From assembly GCA_029269845.2 (NCBI GenBank), contig CP149973.1, forward strand, positions 1,500,001-1,532,000: 32,000 nt of DNA, read 5' to 3'. A program made the position numbers and the translations under genes. Of this stretch, positions 23,438 to 31,132 are shown piece after piece. Source of the stretch: Opitutia bacterium KCR 482 (GTDB lineage Bacteria; Verrucomicrobiota; Verrucomicrobiia; Opitutales; Intestinicryptomonadaceae). The notes beneath the pieces are model-generated. The model was not told the DNA's origin, made no database searches, and saw only the letters and a list, made by a program, of their open reading frames with translations. Position 1 is the first letter of the stretch. Every line of letters begins with the position of its first letter.

Positions 23438-23944
23438 ATGAGCGAAGAACAGAAAAAACAGGACGCGGTCGCGGCGGAAGCTCCGGTCGCAGAAGTTCAG
23501 GCCGCCGAGCCCCAGAAACCCTCGTCTCCCTCCGCCAGCGACTTGCTCGCAACGGAAATCGGCGAAATCAAGGTTCGCAAGGCAAAGGGCAGCAAGAACG
23601 TCCACTCGGGCGTCTGCCACATCAACGCGACTTTCAACAACACAAAAGTCTCTTTTACCGACGCCGCAGGCAACGTCATCAGCTGGTCGAGCGCGGGTAA
23701 GATGAGCTTCCGCGGCTCGCGCAAAAGCACGGCATACGCCGCGCAGGTCGTCACGCAGGACGCGGGCAAGGTTGCGATGAGCCACGGCATGAAGGAACTC
23801 GTCGTGAACGTAAAGGGTCCCGGTATGGGTCGTGATTCGGCAATCCGCTCGCTCCAAGCGATGGGCTTTGTCGTAACGGCTATCGTGGACGTTACTCCCG
23901 TTCCGCACAACGGTTGCCGCGCTCCCAAACGCCGCCGCGTATAA
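23438..23944 (+). CDS. rpsK: 30S ribosomal protein S11 (N-terminally extended if ATG 23438 is used)
   Basis: Core [22 protein letters not shown]...[11 protein letters not shown]...[13 protein letters not shown]...[18 protein letters not shown]. The ATG at 23438 is 19 bp after the rpsM stop. An alternative in-frame TTG at 23543 would give a canonical-length protein. Confidence 0.93.
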   Translation: MSEEQKKQDAVAAEAPVAEVQAAEPQKPSSPSASDLLATEIGEIKVRKAKGSKNVHSGVCHINATFNNTKVSFTDAAGNVISWSSAGKMSFRGSRKSTAYAAQVVTQDAGKVAMSHGMKELVVNVKGPGMGRDSAIRSLQAMGFVVTAIVDVTPVPHNGCRAPKRRRV

Positions 23945-23968
23945 TCTCAATTTTAGGAGAATTTTACA

Positions 23969-24577
23969 ATGTCTCGTTATACAGGACCTACAACAAGAAT
24001 CAACCGTCGCTTTGGCATGCCGATTTTCGCGGAAAGCAAGGCGATGCAAAAGAAGCCCTATATCCCCGGTCAGCACGGCCCGCGTCTGCGCCGCCGCGTG
24101 ACGGACTACTCGATGGGCTTGAACGAAAAGCAGAAGCTCCGCTTCATGTTCGGTCTGAGCGAAAAGCAGTTCCGTCTGACGTTCGAACGCGCAAAAAGAC
24201 AGCGCGGCGTTACGGGTGAAATCTTCATGCGCCTGCTCGAACTCCGTCTGGACAACGTAATCTACCAGCTCGGTTTTGCCCGCAGCCGCAAGGCGGCTCG
24301 CCAGTTCGTGACGCACGGCCACGTTCAGGTAAACGGCAAGAAGGTTGACATTCCCAGCTTCACATGTCAGGCGGGCGATGTCGTTGAAGTTCGCGACCGC
24401 ACGTCTTCGCGCCAGCTCGCGCAGCGCGCCATCGACGAATCGCAGCTCCGCGCAACACCCGCGTGGCTCGAACGTGCGGCTGAAGCCTTCAAGGGCACGG
24501 TAAGCCGTCTCCCGATTCGCGAGGAAATGGACCAGTCGATTAACGACCAGCTCATCGTCGAATTCTATTCGAGATAG
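23969..24577 (+). CDS. rpsD: 30S ribosomal protein S4
   Basis: MSRYTGPTTRINRRFG..., RLDNVIYQLGFARSRKAARQFVTHGHVQVNGKKV (S4 domain). Confidence 0.97.
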   Translation: MSRYTGPTTRINRRFGMPIFAESKAMQKKPYIPGQHGPRLRRRVTDYSMGLNEKQKLRFMFGLSEKQFRLTFERAKRQRGVTGEIFMRLLELRLDNVIYQLGFARSRKAARQFVTHGHVQVNGKKVDIPSFTCQAGDVVEVRDRTSSRQLAQRAIDESQLRATPAWLERAAEAFKGTVSRLPIREEMDQSINDQLIVEFYSR

Positions 24578-24608
24578 TAATTAACAGATTCAGAAAACGG
24601 AGATCACC

Positions 24609-25607
24609 ATGGCTAAACGACTCGGAAAGTTTGAACTTCCCAAACGTCTTGTCAAAGACGAAGCAAGTGCCACAAGCACATATGCAAAGTATGTCGCCGA
24701 ACCCTTCGAAACGGGTTTCGGCCATACTATCGGAAACGCGTTGCGCCGCGTGCTTCTCAGCTCCATTGAAGGTGCGGCAATCAGCTCCATCAAGATTGAC
24801 GGCGTAGACCACGAATTCCAGAGCGTAGACGGCATAGTCGAAGACGTGACGGACATCGTGCTCAACCTGAAAAAAATCAAGATTAAGAGCACCGCGCGCG
24901 AGAACAAGCGTCTTATGATAAATGTCGAGAAGGCGGGCGAAGTTACCGCCGCCGACATTCAGCCTGATGCCGATTTCGTAATCGTTAATCCCGAACAAGT
25001 GATTTGCACGCTCGACACGAAACGCAAGTTTGTTGCGGAAGTGGAAATTTCGAGCGGTCGCGGTTGGAGGCCTGCCGACGAAAACAAATACGAGGACCAG
25101 CCCATCGGCGTAATTCCCGTCGATTCGCTGTTCAGCCCCATCGAATTGGTCAAGTACTCTGTCGACGCAACGCGCGTCGGCCAGATGACCGACTTCGACA
25201 AGCTCACGCTCGAAATTTGGACGGACGGCAGAATCACTCCCGACGAAGCCCTTAAAGAGGCGGCGGTAATCCTCAAACACCACATCGACGTATTCGATAA
25301 GGTAAACGAACAGGATATCGAGTTCGAAACGGTCGGCAAGGAAGTCAGCGAGGAGCAGAACCGTCTCAGAAAGCTTCTGAACATGAGCGTAAACGAAATC
25401 GAACTTTCGGTTCGCGCGGCAAACTGCCTCAACAACGCCAACATCACCACGGTAGGCGAATTGGCGATGAAGTCGGAGCAGGAAATGCTCAAATACCGCA
25501 ACTTCGGTAAGAAATCGCTCAACGAAATCAAGAGCAAGCTGGAACAACTCGGTTTGTCGCTCGGCATGAAAATCGACGAGCGCCTCATCGACTCAACAAC
25601 ATTATAA
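24609..25607 (+). CDS. rpoA: DNA-directed RNA polymerase subunit alpha
   Basis: 332 aa; GFGHTIGNALRRVLLSSIEGAA. C-terminal domain ELSVRAANCLNNANITTVGEL...NFGKKSLNEIK. Confidence 0.98.
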   Translation: MAKRLGKFELPKRLVKDEASATSTYAKYVAEPFETGFGHTIGNALRRVLLSSIEGAAISSIKIDGVDHEFQSVDGIVEDVTDIVLNLKKIKIKSTARENKRLMINVEKAGEVTAADIQPDADFVIVNPEQVICTLDTKRKFVAEVEISSGRGWRPADENKYEDQPIGVIPVDSLFSPIELVKYSVDATRVGQMTDFDKLTLEIWTDGRITPDEALKEAAVILKHHIDVFDKVNEQDIEFETVGKEVSEEQNRLRKLLNMSVNEIELSVRAANCLNNANITTVGELAMKSEQEMLKYRNFGKKSLNEIKSKLEQLGLSLGMKIDERLIDSTTL

Positions 25608-25626
25608 TTTAAAAAAATAAACCACA

Positions 25627-26181
25627 ATGCGTCATAATAAACACAGACATCAAATGGGCGTTAAGAAGGAACACCGCGCGTCGCTTATGGCGTCGCTGGC
25701 GTCCGCGCTTTTCCGCCACGACAGAATTGAAACAACGCTCGGCTACGCGAAAGCCCTCCGCCCCTTTGCGGAAAAGGTAATCACCCTCGCCAAGAAGGCA
25801 GCCGCAACCGAAGACACCGCCAAGAAGCTTCACCTGCGCAGAAACGCGCTCTCGAAACTTCGCGACGAAAGCGCGGTTCACTTCCTCTTTGCGGAAAAGG
25901 TTTCGAAGTTCCTCAACCGTCAGGGCGGATATATCCGCATCTACAAGCTTGTTCCCCGCAAGGGCGACGCCGCCGATATGGCGATTGTAGAGCTTATCGA
26001 AGCCGACGACGAGGGCTACAAGAAAGCTCCCGAAAAGGAAAAGAAAGCTCCCGCAAAAAAGGCGGCGAAAAAGACCGCAACTAAAAAGGCTGCGACCAAG
26101 AAAGCCGCAACAAAAAAGACCGCAAAGAAGGTCGAAGAGGCGGGCGCGTCGGAAGAAGCAGCTGCGGAATCCAAGGAATAA
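25627..26181 (+). CDS. rplQ: 50S ribosomal protein L17 with Lys/Ala-rich C-terminal tail
   Basis: MRHNKHRHQMGVKKEHRASLMASLASALFRHDRIETTLGYAKALRPFAEKVITLAKK is the L17 core. Residues from about 126 to 184 form an added KKAATKK-repeat tail. Confidence 0.96.
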   Translation: MRHNKHRHQMGVKKEHRASLMASLASALFRHDRIETTLGYAKALRPFAEKVITLAKKAAATEDTAKKLHLRRNALSKLRDESAVHFLFAEKVSKFLNRQGGYIRIYKLVPRKGDAADMAIVELIEADDEGYKKAPEKEKKAPAKKAAKKTATKKAATKKAATKKTAKKVEEAGASEEAAAESKE

Positions 26182-26182
26182 T

Positions 26183-26241
26183 TGCCTTACGGCATTTTTT
26201 TCACAAGCGAACGCGCCCGATTTACGGGCGCGTTTGTGCTT
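26183..26241 (+). terminator. Tandem hairpins after rplQ (probable alpha-operon terminator)
   Basis: TGCC-TTAC-GGCA followed by T7 (26183-26201). Then a perfect 10-bp stem AACGCGCCCG (26210-26219) / CGGGCGCGTT (26225-26234) followed by TGTGCTT. Confidence 0.6.
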
Positions 26242-26256
26242 CCAAAATTCGCTTTT

Positions 26257-26481
26257 ATGACTTTGTCGGATTTTTTTGCGGTTTCGGTCGGGCTTTTGCT
26301 CTCGGCGTTCGGCGCGTCGGCGTGGATAATTTCGCGCAGGCAGAACAAAAGCTACGAGAAAATCGCCCGCACATCGACATTCCACTGCCTCCACTGCGAC
26401 AGCGTCTACACCGCGCCGTTCGGAAAGGACATCATGGAGTGTCCGAATTGCGGATACAAAAATCCCAAGCTTAAATTTTAA
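26257..26481 (+). CDS. Hypothetical small membrane protein with C-terminal zinc-ribbon (74 aa from ATG 26257)
   Basis: One hydrophobic helix (FFAVSVGLLLSAFGASAWII), then RRQNK, then CLHC-x19-CPNC. Ends 24 bp before guaA. The TTG start at 26182 in the ORF track would run through the terminator hairpins, so the internal ATG is preferred. Confidence 0.55.
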   Translation: MTLSDFFAVSVGLLLSAFGASAWIISRRQNKSYEKIARTSTFHCLHCDSVYTAPFGKDIMECPNCGYKNPKLKF

Positions 26482-26505
26482 CAACCCCCAACGAAAAACA
26501 CTACG

Positions 26506-28044
26506 ATGAATCAAAAGATAGCAGTTCTCGACTTCGGGTCGCAGTACACGCAGGTAATAGCCCGCCGCATACGCGAATGCAGCGTCTATTCCGAAATCAT
26601 GCCTTTCAACACAAAAGCGGACGTGCTCAAAAAACAGGGCGTGTGCGGTATCATTCTTTCGGGCGGACCGGCGAGCGTCCTGTCGAAAGGCTCTCCGCGC
26701 CCCGATAAAAAGATATTCGAGCTTGGCGTTCCCGTTCTCGGCATCTGCTACGGTTTGCAGTTGATGGGGCACATGCTCGGCGGGAAAATCGTTTCGAGCA
26801 AGCAGCGCGAATACGGGCTGGGCAAGCTTTCGTTCAAGGGCAAGAGCGAGCTTCTCAAAGGGATTGACTCTCCCATTCAGGTTTGGAATTCGCACGGCGA
26901 CAAAATCGAGAAACTGCCCGAAGGCTTCAAGCCAATCGGTACGACCGAAAATTCCGCATACGCGCTCATCGAAAACAAGGCGCGCCGATTCTACGGAATG
27001 CAGTTTCACCCCGAAGTTGCGCACACGCCGCGCGGCATGGACATCATCAAAAACTTCCTCTACGGAATTTGCGGCTGCACGGGCGACTGGACTATGTCGG
27101 ACTACGTCGAACGCGCCGTCAATAAAATTCGCGAAACCGTCGGCGACAAAAAGGTAATCCTCGGCCTCAGCGGAGGCGTGGACTCATCCGTCGCCGCCGC
27201 GCTTATCCACAAGGCGATAGGCGACCAGCTCACTTGCGTGTTCGTCGACAATGGGCTTCTCCGCAAGGACGAACGCAAAAAGGTCGAAGACCTCTTCAAA
27301 AACAATTTCAAAATGCGCATGAAAACCGTGCGCGCCGAAAAGCTCTTCCTTGCGAAGCTCGCGGGCGTCAAAGACCCCGAACGCAAGCGCAAGATTATCG
27401 GAAAAACTTTCGTCGAAGTGTTCGACAAGTCCGTGAAATCAATCGGGCAGGTCGATTTCCTCGCGCAGGGCACTCTCTACCCCGACGTTATCGAAAGCGT
27501 GCCGATTGCCGGCAACCCCGCGTCGCTCATCAAGAGCCACCACAATGTCGGCGGACTGCCGAAACACATGAAGCTCAAACTTCTCGAACCCCTCCGCGAG
27601 CTTTTCAAAGACGAAGTGCGCGCGCTCGGCAAAGAGCTTGGGCTTTCAAAGGAAGTTCTTTGGAGACACCCCTTCCCCGGACCGGGTCTCGGCGTGCGCG
27701 TGGTGGGCGACATCACGAAAAAACGTTGCGACATTCTCCGCGAGGCAGACGCAATCCTTCTCGAAGAAATGAAAGCGGCGGGGCTTTACTACAACGTCTG
27801 GCAGGCGTTTGCGGTGTTCCTCCCCGTCAAGACCGTCGGCGTCATGGGCGACGAGCGCACATACGACAATGTGATAGCCCTCCGCATTGTGGAAAGTCAG
27901 GACGCGATGACCGCCGACTGGGCGCACATTCCGCACGAAGTCTTGGCTAAGATTTCCAACCGAATCATAAACGAGGTCAAGGGCGTCAACCGCGTGTGTC
28001 TTGATATTTCCTCCAAACCGCCCGCAACAATCGAGTGGGAATAG
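26506..28044 (+). CDS. guaA: GMP synthase (glutamine-hydrolysing)
   Basis: 512 aa. GATase-1 region ILSGGPASV...GICYGLQLM...QFHPEV, ATP-PPase P-loop [12 protein letters not shown], and C-terminal KPPATIEWE. Confidence 0.98.
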   Translation: MNQKIAVLDFGSQYTQVIARRIRECSVYSEIMPFNTKADVLKKQGVCGIILSGGPASVLSKGSPRPDKKIFELGVPVLGICYGLQLMGHMLGGKIVSSKQREYGLGKLSFKGKSELLKGIDSPIQVWNSHGDKIEKLPEGFKPIGTTENSAYALIENKARRFYGMQFHPEVAHTPRGMDIIKNFLYGICGCTGDWTMSDYVERAVNKIRETVGDKKVILGLSGGVDSSVAAALIHKAIGDQLTCVFVDNGLLRKDERKKVEDLFKNNFKMRMKTVRAEKLFLAKLAGVKDPERKRKIIGKTFVEVFDKSVKSIGQVDFLAQGTLYPDVIESVPIAGNPASLIKSHHNVGGLPKHMKLKLLEPLRELFKDEVRALGKELGLSKEVLWRHPFPGPGLGVRVVGDITKKRCDILREADAILLEEMKAAGLYYNVWQAFAVFLPVKTVGVMGDERTYDNVIALRIVESQDAMTADWAHIPHEVLAKISNRIINEVKGVNRVCLDISSKPPATIEWE

Positions 28045-28086
28045 GGAGATAGTCTTGGCACGCTTGATGCGTGCAAGGAGATTTAG

Positions 28087-28208
28087 GAGGGCTTGCGAGG
28101 TCGGCGTATAAATGCGTTTCGCTTGCGCGGCTTCGGTCATGTACGTGAGTACACTCCCGTCGCCTTGCTGCACAAAGCCGCATTTCTGCGTGCAACCTCG
28201 CAAGCCTC
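28087..28208. other. Long-range inverted repeat enclosing about 93 nt, downstream of guaA
   Basis: GAGGGCTTGCGAGGT (28087-28101) is complementary to ACCTCGCAAGCCTC (28195-28208): 12 contiguous pairs, one bulge, then 2 more pairs. Confidence 0.8.
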
Positions 28209-28243
28209 GACAGCGCGGCGGTCGCCGCGCGGAAGACTTAGAT

Positions 28244-28293
28244 AAAACGCGATATTTGGGACGTTCATGGCTGTCCGAAATATCGCGTTTTTT
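28244..28293. terminator. Strong bidirectional-type intrinsic terminator in the guaA/GH13 convergent spacer
   Basis: Perfect 14-bp arms AAAACGCGATATTT (28244-28257) / AAATATCGCGTTTT (28278-28291), with an inner GGAC/GTCC pairing. T-run through 28293 on the + strand and an A4 (U4 on the - strand) on the other side. Confidence 0.8.
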
Positions 28294-28418
28294 GCATATT
28301 ACATGGTGGTGCTTTTTGCGGAGCTTGCTACGGTTGCGGCGGGTTTTTTTGCTTGGGTGGTATTCCGCGTTCCTATGAGTATATGAAAATCAGAGTGCGC
28401 TTAATGCGCACGGAGGAG

Positions 28419-28454
28419 GACGTGAACGAAAACGAGGAGCATTTCGTTCACGTC
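28419..28454. repeat. Perfect 13-bp inverted repeat (stem-loop), function unknown
   Basis: GACGTGAACGAAA (28419-28431), 10-nt loop, TTTCGTTCACGTC (28442-28454). No flanking T-run on either strand. Confidence 0.9.
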
Positions 28455-28739
28455 GGGGCGCGGCTCGCTCCGCTCCCGCGCGGTGGGGTGGTATTCTATC
28501 TGTTTTGTGTGTTGGGAGAGCTGTGTTGAGTTCCTGCGCTGGTGTTTATGTCTATTGCTTCGCTTTCGTTTTGTGGTAAAGATTGCTGTGCTTACGGTGT
28601 TTATTTTGCTTTTGTTTTGCGAAGAAATTGAAGCTCGTTTATATTTTTTGCGAGAGGGGAAAATGTTGGTTGCGGAATATGCGGGGGTGAATGCGGTGGG
28701 TTTGGTTGTTTCGCTCCCGCCGGTGGTGGGATTCTGCGG

Positions 28740-31130
28740 CTAAATTTCGAGCCAGAGCGCGAGCGAGATGCGCGGCAGGTGCAGGGTGTTTTTTTCAAGC
28801 GGCGAAACGGGGTTTTCAAGTCCGCGCAAGTCGAATCTGTCGATGTCGGCGATTTGTATGAATTTTGTTTGCAAGTCGGCTGGTACTGCGAGCTCGACAT
28901 CGTTGCACGTCGGGTTGAATGCGGCGAAAATCCGTTTCGATTTCCCCGCGCCGCATGCGTTGAACATTACGCCGCCTGCGGGCGAGTTTCCCGCGCCGAA
29001 AAATTCGAGCCACCCCTGCGGCAGTTCTCCGTCTATTCTCAGCGACTTCCCCTCGGGCGACAGTCTGAATTTCAGCAGCGACCTCAGCCATTGGCAGACA
29101 CCCGCGAAGCGCAGTCCGCGCAGGTAGTCGAGCGCGTTTGCCGCGCCGTCCTTATATGTGTTGCTTTTGCCGTATTTTGTCCGCGCGATGTCGAAGCCCT
29201 CCGCGACCATCGGAATCCCGACCGAAAGCAGCGTCAGCGCGTAGGCGAGTTTATAGCGGGCGATATCGTCCGCCGACGGGTTTTCGTGGCTGTCGGTAAT
29301 GCGGTCCAAAAGGCATTTGTCGTCGTGGCTTTCGAGGTAGTTGACGGTTTGCGCGCAGAATCTGGAAGTGTCGCGGCTGCCGCCGACGAAGTATTTGAAG
29401 CCCGCGAAGTCGCCGCGTCCGAGCGCGTACGAGAGCATGAACTCGCGGAAGCCGTCGTTCCACGACGCGAAGCCCGTGTCGCGCAGGGCGGCGGCTATGT
29501 GTCCGCGGAAGCTCCACGGTTCGGCTATTAGAATGATGTCGTGTTTGAGCGTTTTCATTTCGCGCTCGATTTCGCGCAGTGTCTCCAAGCCGACGAGTTC
29601 GGCGAGGTCGAATCTGAATCCGTCCACGCCGTAGTTTTTCACGAGCTTTTTGAGGCTGTCGAGAATCATTCTTCGCGCCATGGGCGATTCGGAGCGGTAG
29701 TCGTTTCCGCAGCCGCTGAAATTCATGAGGTCGCCCGCCATGTTAAGCTCGAAATAGTATTCCTTGTCGGCGCGGACAAGGTAGTTCGGCTCGCCAACAT
29801 GGTTGTAGACGACGTCGAGAATCACGGCGATTCCCGCGCGGTGGAACGCCTCTACGAGCCGCGCGAAATCTTCGTTTTGCGACGAATTTTCGGGGTCGGT
29901 TGCGTACGAGCTTGCGGGGGAGAACCAGTTGACGGGCATGTAGCCCCATTCGTAGTCGGTGCGTTTTGCGGCGGTGAATTCCTGCACGGGTTGAAGCTCG
30001 ACGCAGTTGACGCCGACTTTCCGCAGGTAGCAGTTTTCGTCGGCGAGCCACTTTGTCAGCCCTTCGAACGTGAGCCGTTCGCCGTCGGAGATGTCCGCCC
30101 GCGCCTTTGCAAGCACGTCGCGCAGGTGGATTTCCATTACGGCGAGGTCGTGCCAATGCGGAGGCTTGAACGGGCGGTTGCGGGGCAGGTCGGCGTCGAA
30201 CTTCACGATTGACGGGCCGTCGGGGAAAAGCATTGCGTTTGCGTAGGGGTCGGCGACGGGTTCGGACGACGAAAACGCGGTTGTCGCGTCGCGGTTTTTG
30301 CCGCCGATTCGCCAGAAATACCGCGCCCCCGACAGGTCGCCGTCGGCGGACGCCGTCCAGATTGCGCCGTCGCAGGAGCTTGCGGAGGTCTCGCGGCGGA
30401 CGCCGTCGAGAGTCCATTCGACCGACGCGTACGCGGCGCGTGGCGCGAAAAGAGAAAAGCTTGTTTTGCCGTCCGCGAAGCGCGCTCCGAGCGGAGCGGG
30501 CGAGTAGATGTTTAGCAGGCGTTCGGCGAAATCGACTCCGCCCGACACGCCGAGCTGCGGGAATGAAAGCCTGATTTCGTCGGCGAGCGAGCAGATGCCG
30601 TCGAAGTTTATCACGAACACGTGAAGCCCCGTTTTGTCGAGGCTCAGGCGCAGGTTGGAGTTTCCGCGGGCGTCGCGCTCGACGTTCGGAAGGGTCGGGA
30701 CGGGTTCGAGCCAGCGGCCGTCCGCGCCCGCGAATTTAAAATACGCCGTGCGGCGTTTCATGCCGAGCTTCGCCACGGGAATTTCGAGCTTCCGCCCGAA
30801 GCGTCCCGACGACGGCGACATTTTCCAGAGCGGGTTGCCGATTGCATCTCCCCAGTTGTTGAAGTCGCCGCAGACGTAGTAGTCGGCGTCCGAGACTGCG
30901 CGGATATTCTTGAAATTGTCGGCGTCGAGCAGGAAGTGCGCAATGCCGTCGGAGATAAAGTAGGAGGCGTATTTTGCGAAGTCGCGCCCCGAAGCGCGGC
31001 TTATCGAAAAGTCGGGCAGCCCAGAAGCCCCCGACACCTTTACGTTCGGCACAAAGGGAATGTCGCGGTTGAAGACTACGGCGATTTCGTGCGCGTTTAT
31101 CCACCATGCCTTGACGATTTTCGTTGTCAT
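28740..31130 (-). CDS. GH13 family pullulanase / glycogen-debranching-type enzyme
   Basis: 796 aa. All four alpha-amylase-family regions are present: ILDVVYNHV (I), GFRFDLAEL (II, nucleophile Asp), IAEPW (III, acid/base Glu), YLESHDD (IV). Also a pullulanase-type YEWGYMPVNWFSPASSY motif. No obvious N-terminal signal peptide. Confidence 0.9.
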   Translation of the reverse strand: MTTKIVKAWWINAHEIAVVFNRDIPFVPNVKVSGASGLPDFSISRASGRDFAKYASYFISDGIAHFLLDADNFKNIRAVSDADYYVCGDFNNWGDAIGNPLWKMSPSSGRFGRKLEIPVAKLGMKRRTAYFKFAGADGRWLEPVPTLPNVERDARGNSNLRLSLDKTGLHVFVINFDGICSLADEIRLSFPQLGVSGGVDFAERLLNIYSPAPLGARFADGKTSFSLFAPRAAYASVEWTLDGVRRETSASSCDGAIWTASADGDLSGARYFWRIGGKNRDATTAFSSSEPVADPYANAMLFPDGPSIVKFDADLPRNRPFKPPHWHDLAVMEIHLRDVLAKARADISDGERLTFEGLTKWLADENCYLRKVGVNCVELQPVQEFTAAKRTDYEWGYMPVNWFSPASSYATDPENSSQNEDFARLVEAFHRAGIAVILDVVYNHVGEPNYLVRADKEYYFELNMAGDLMNFSGCGNDYRSESPMARRMILDSLKKLVKNYGVDGFRFDLAELVGLETLREIEREMKTLKHDIILIAEPWSFRGHIAAALRDTGFASWNDGFREFMLSYALGRGDFAGFKYFVGGSRDTSRFCAQTVNYLESHDDKCLLDRITDSHENPSADDIARYKLAYALTLLSVGIPMVAEGFDIARTKYGKSNTYKDGAANALDYLRGLRFAGVCQWLRSLLKFRLSPEGKSLRIDGELPQGWLEFFGAGNSPAGGVMFNACGAGKSKRIFAAFNPTCNDVELAVPADLQTKFIQIADIDRFDLRGLENPVSPLEKNTLHLPRISLALWLEI

Positions 31131-31132
31131 CT

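Noticed and set aside
26182-26256. TTG start immediately after the rplQ stop, as given in the ORF track for the 99-aa version of the zinc-ribbon ORF.
   Set aside because: The first 25 codons would be translated through the two terminator hairpins (26183-26241). The internal ATG at 26257 gives a cleaner TM-first architecture. The start remains uncertain.
28112-28378. 88-aa + strand ORF, together with the 86-aa ORF at 28483-28743, in the guaA/GH13 spacer.
   Set aside because: The first runs straight through the 14-bp terminator stem. The second starts at a GTG with no ribosome-binding site, and its hydrophobicity is explained by the T-rich composition. Neither has coding-like features.
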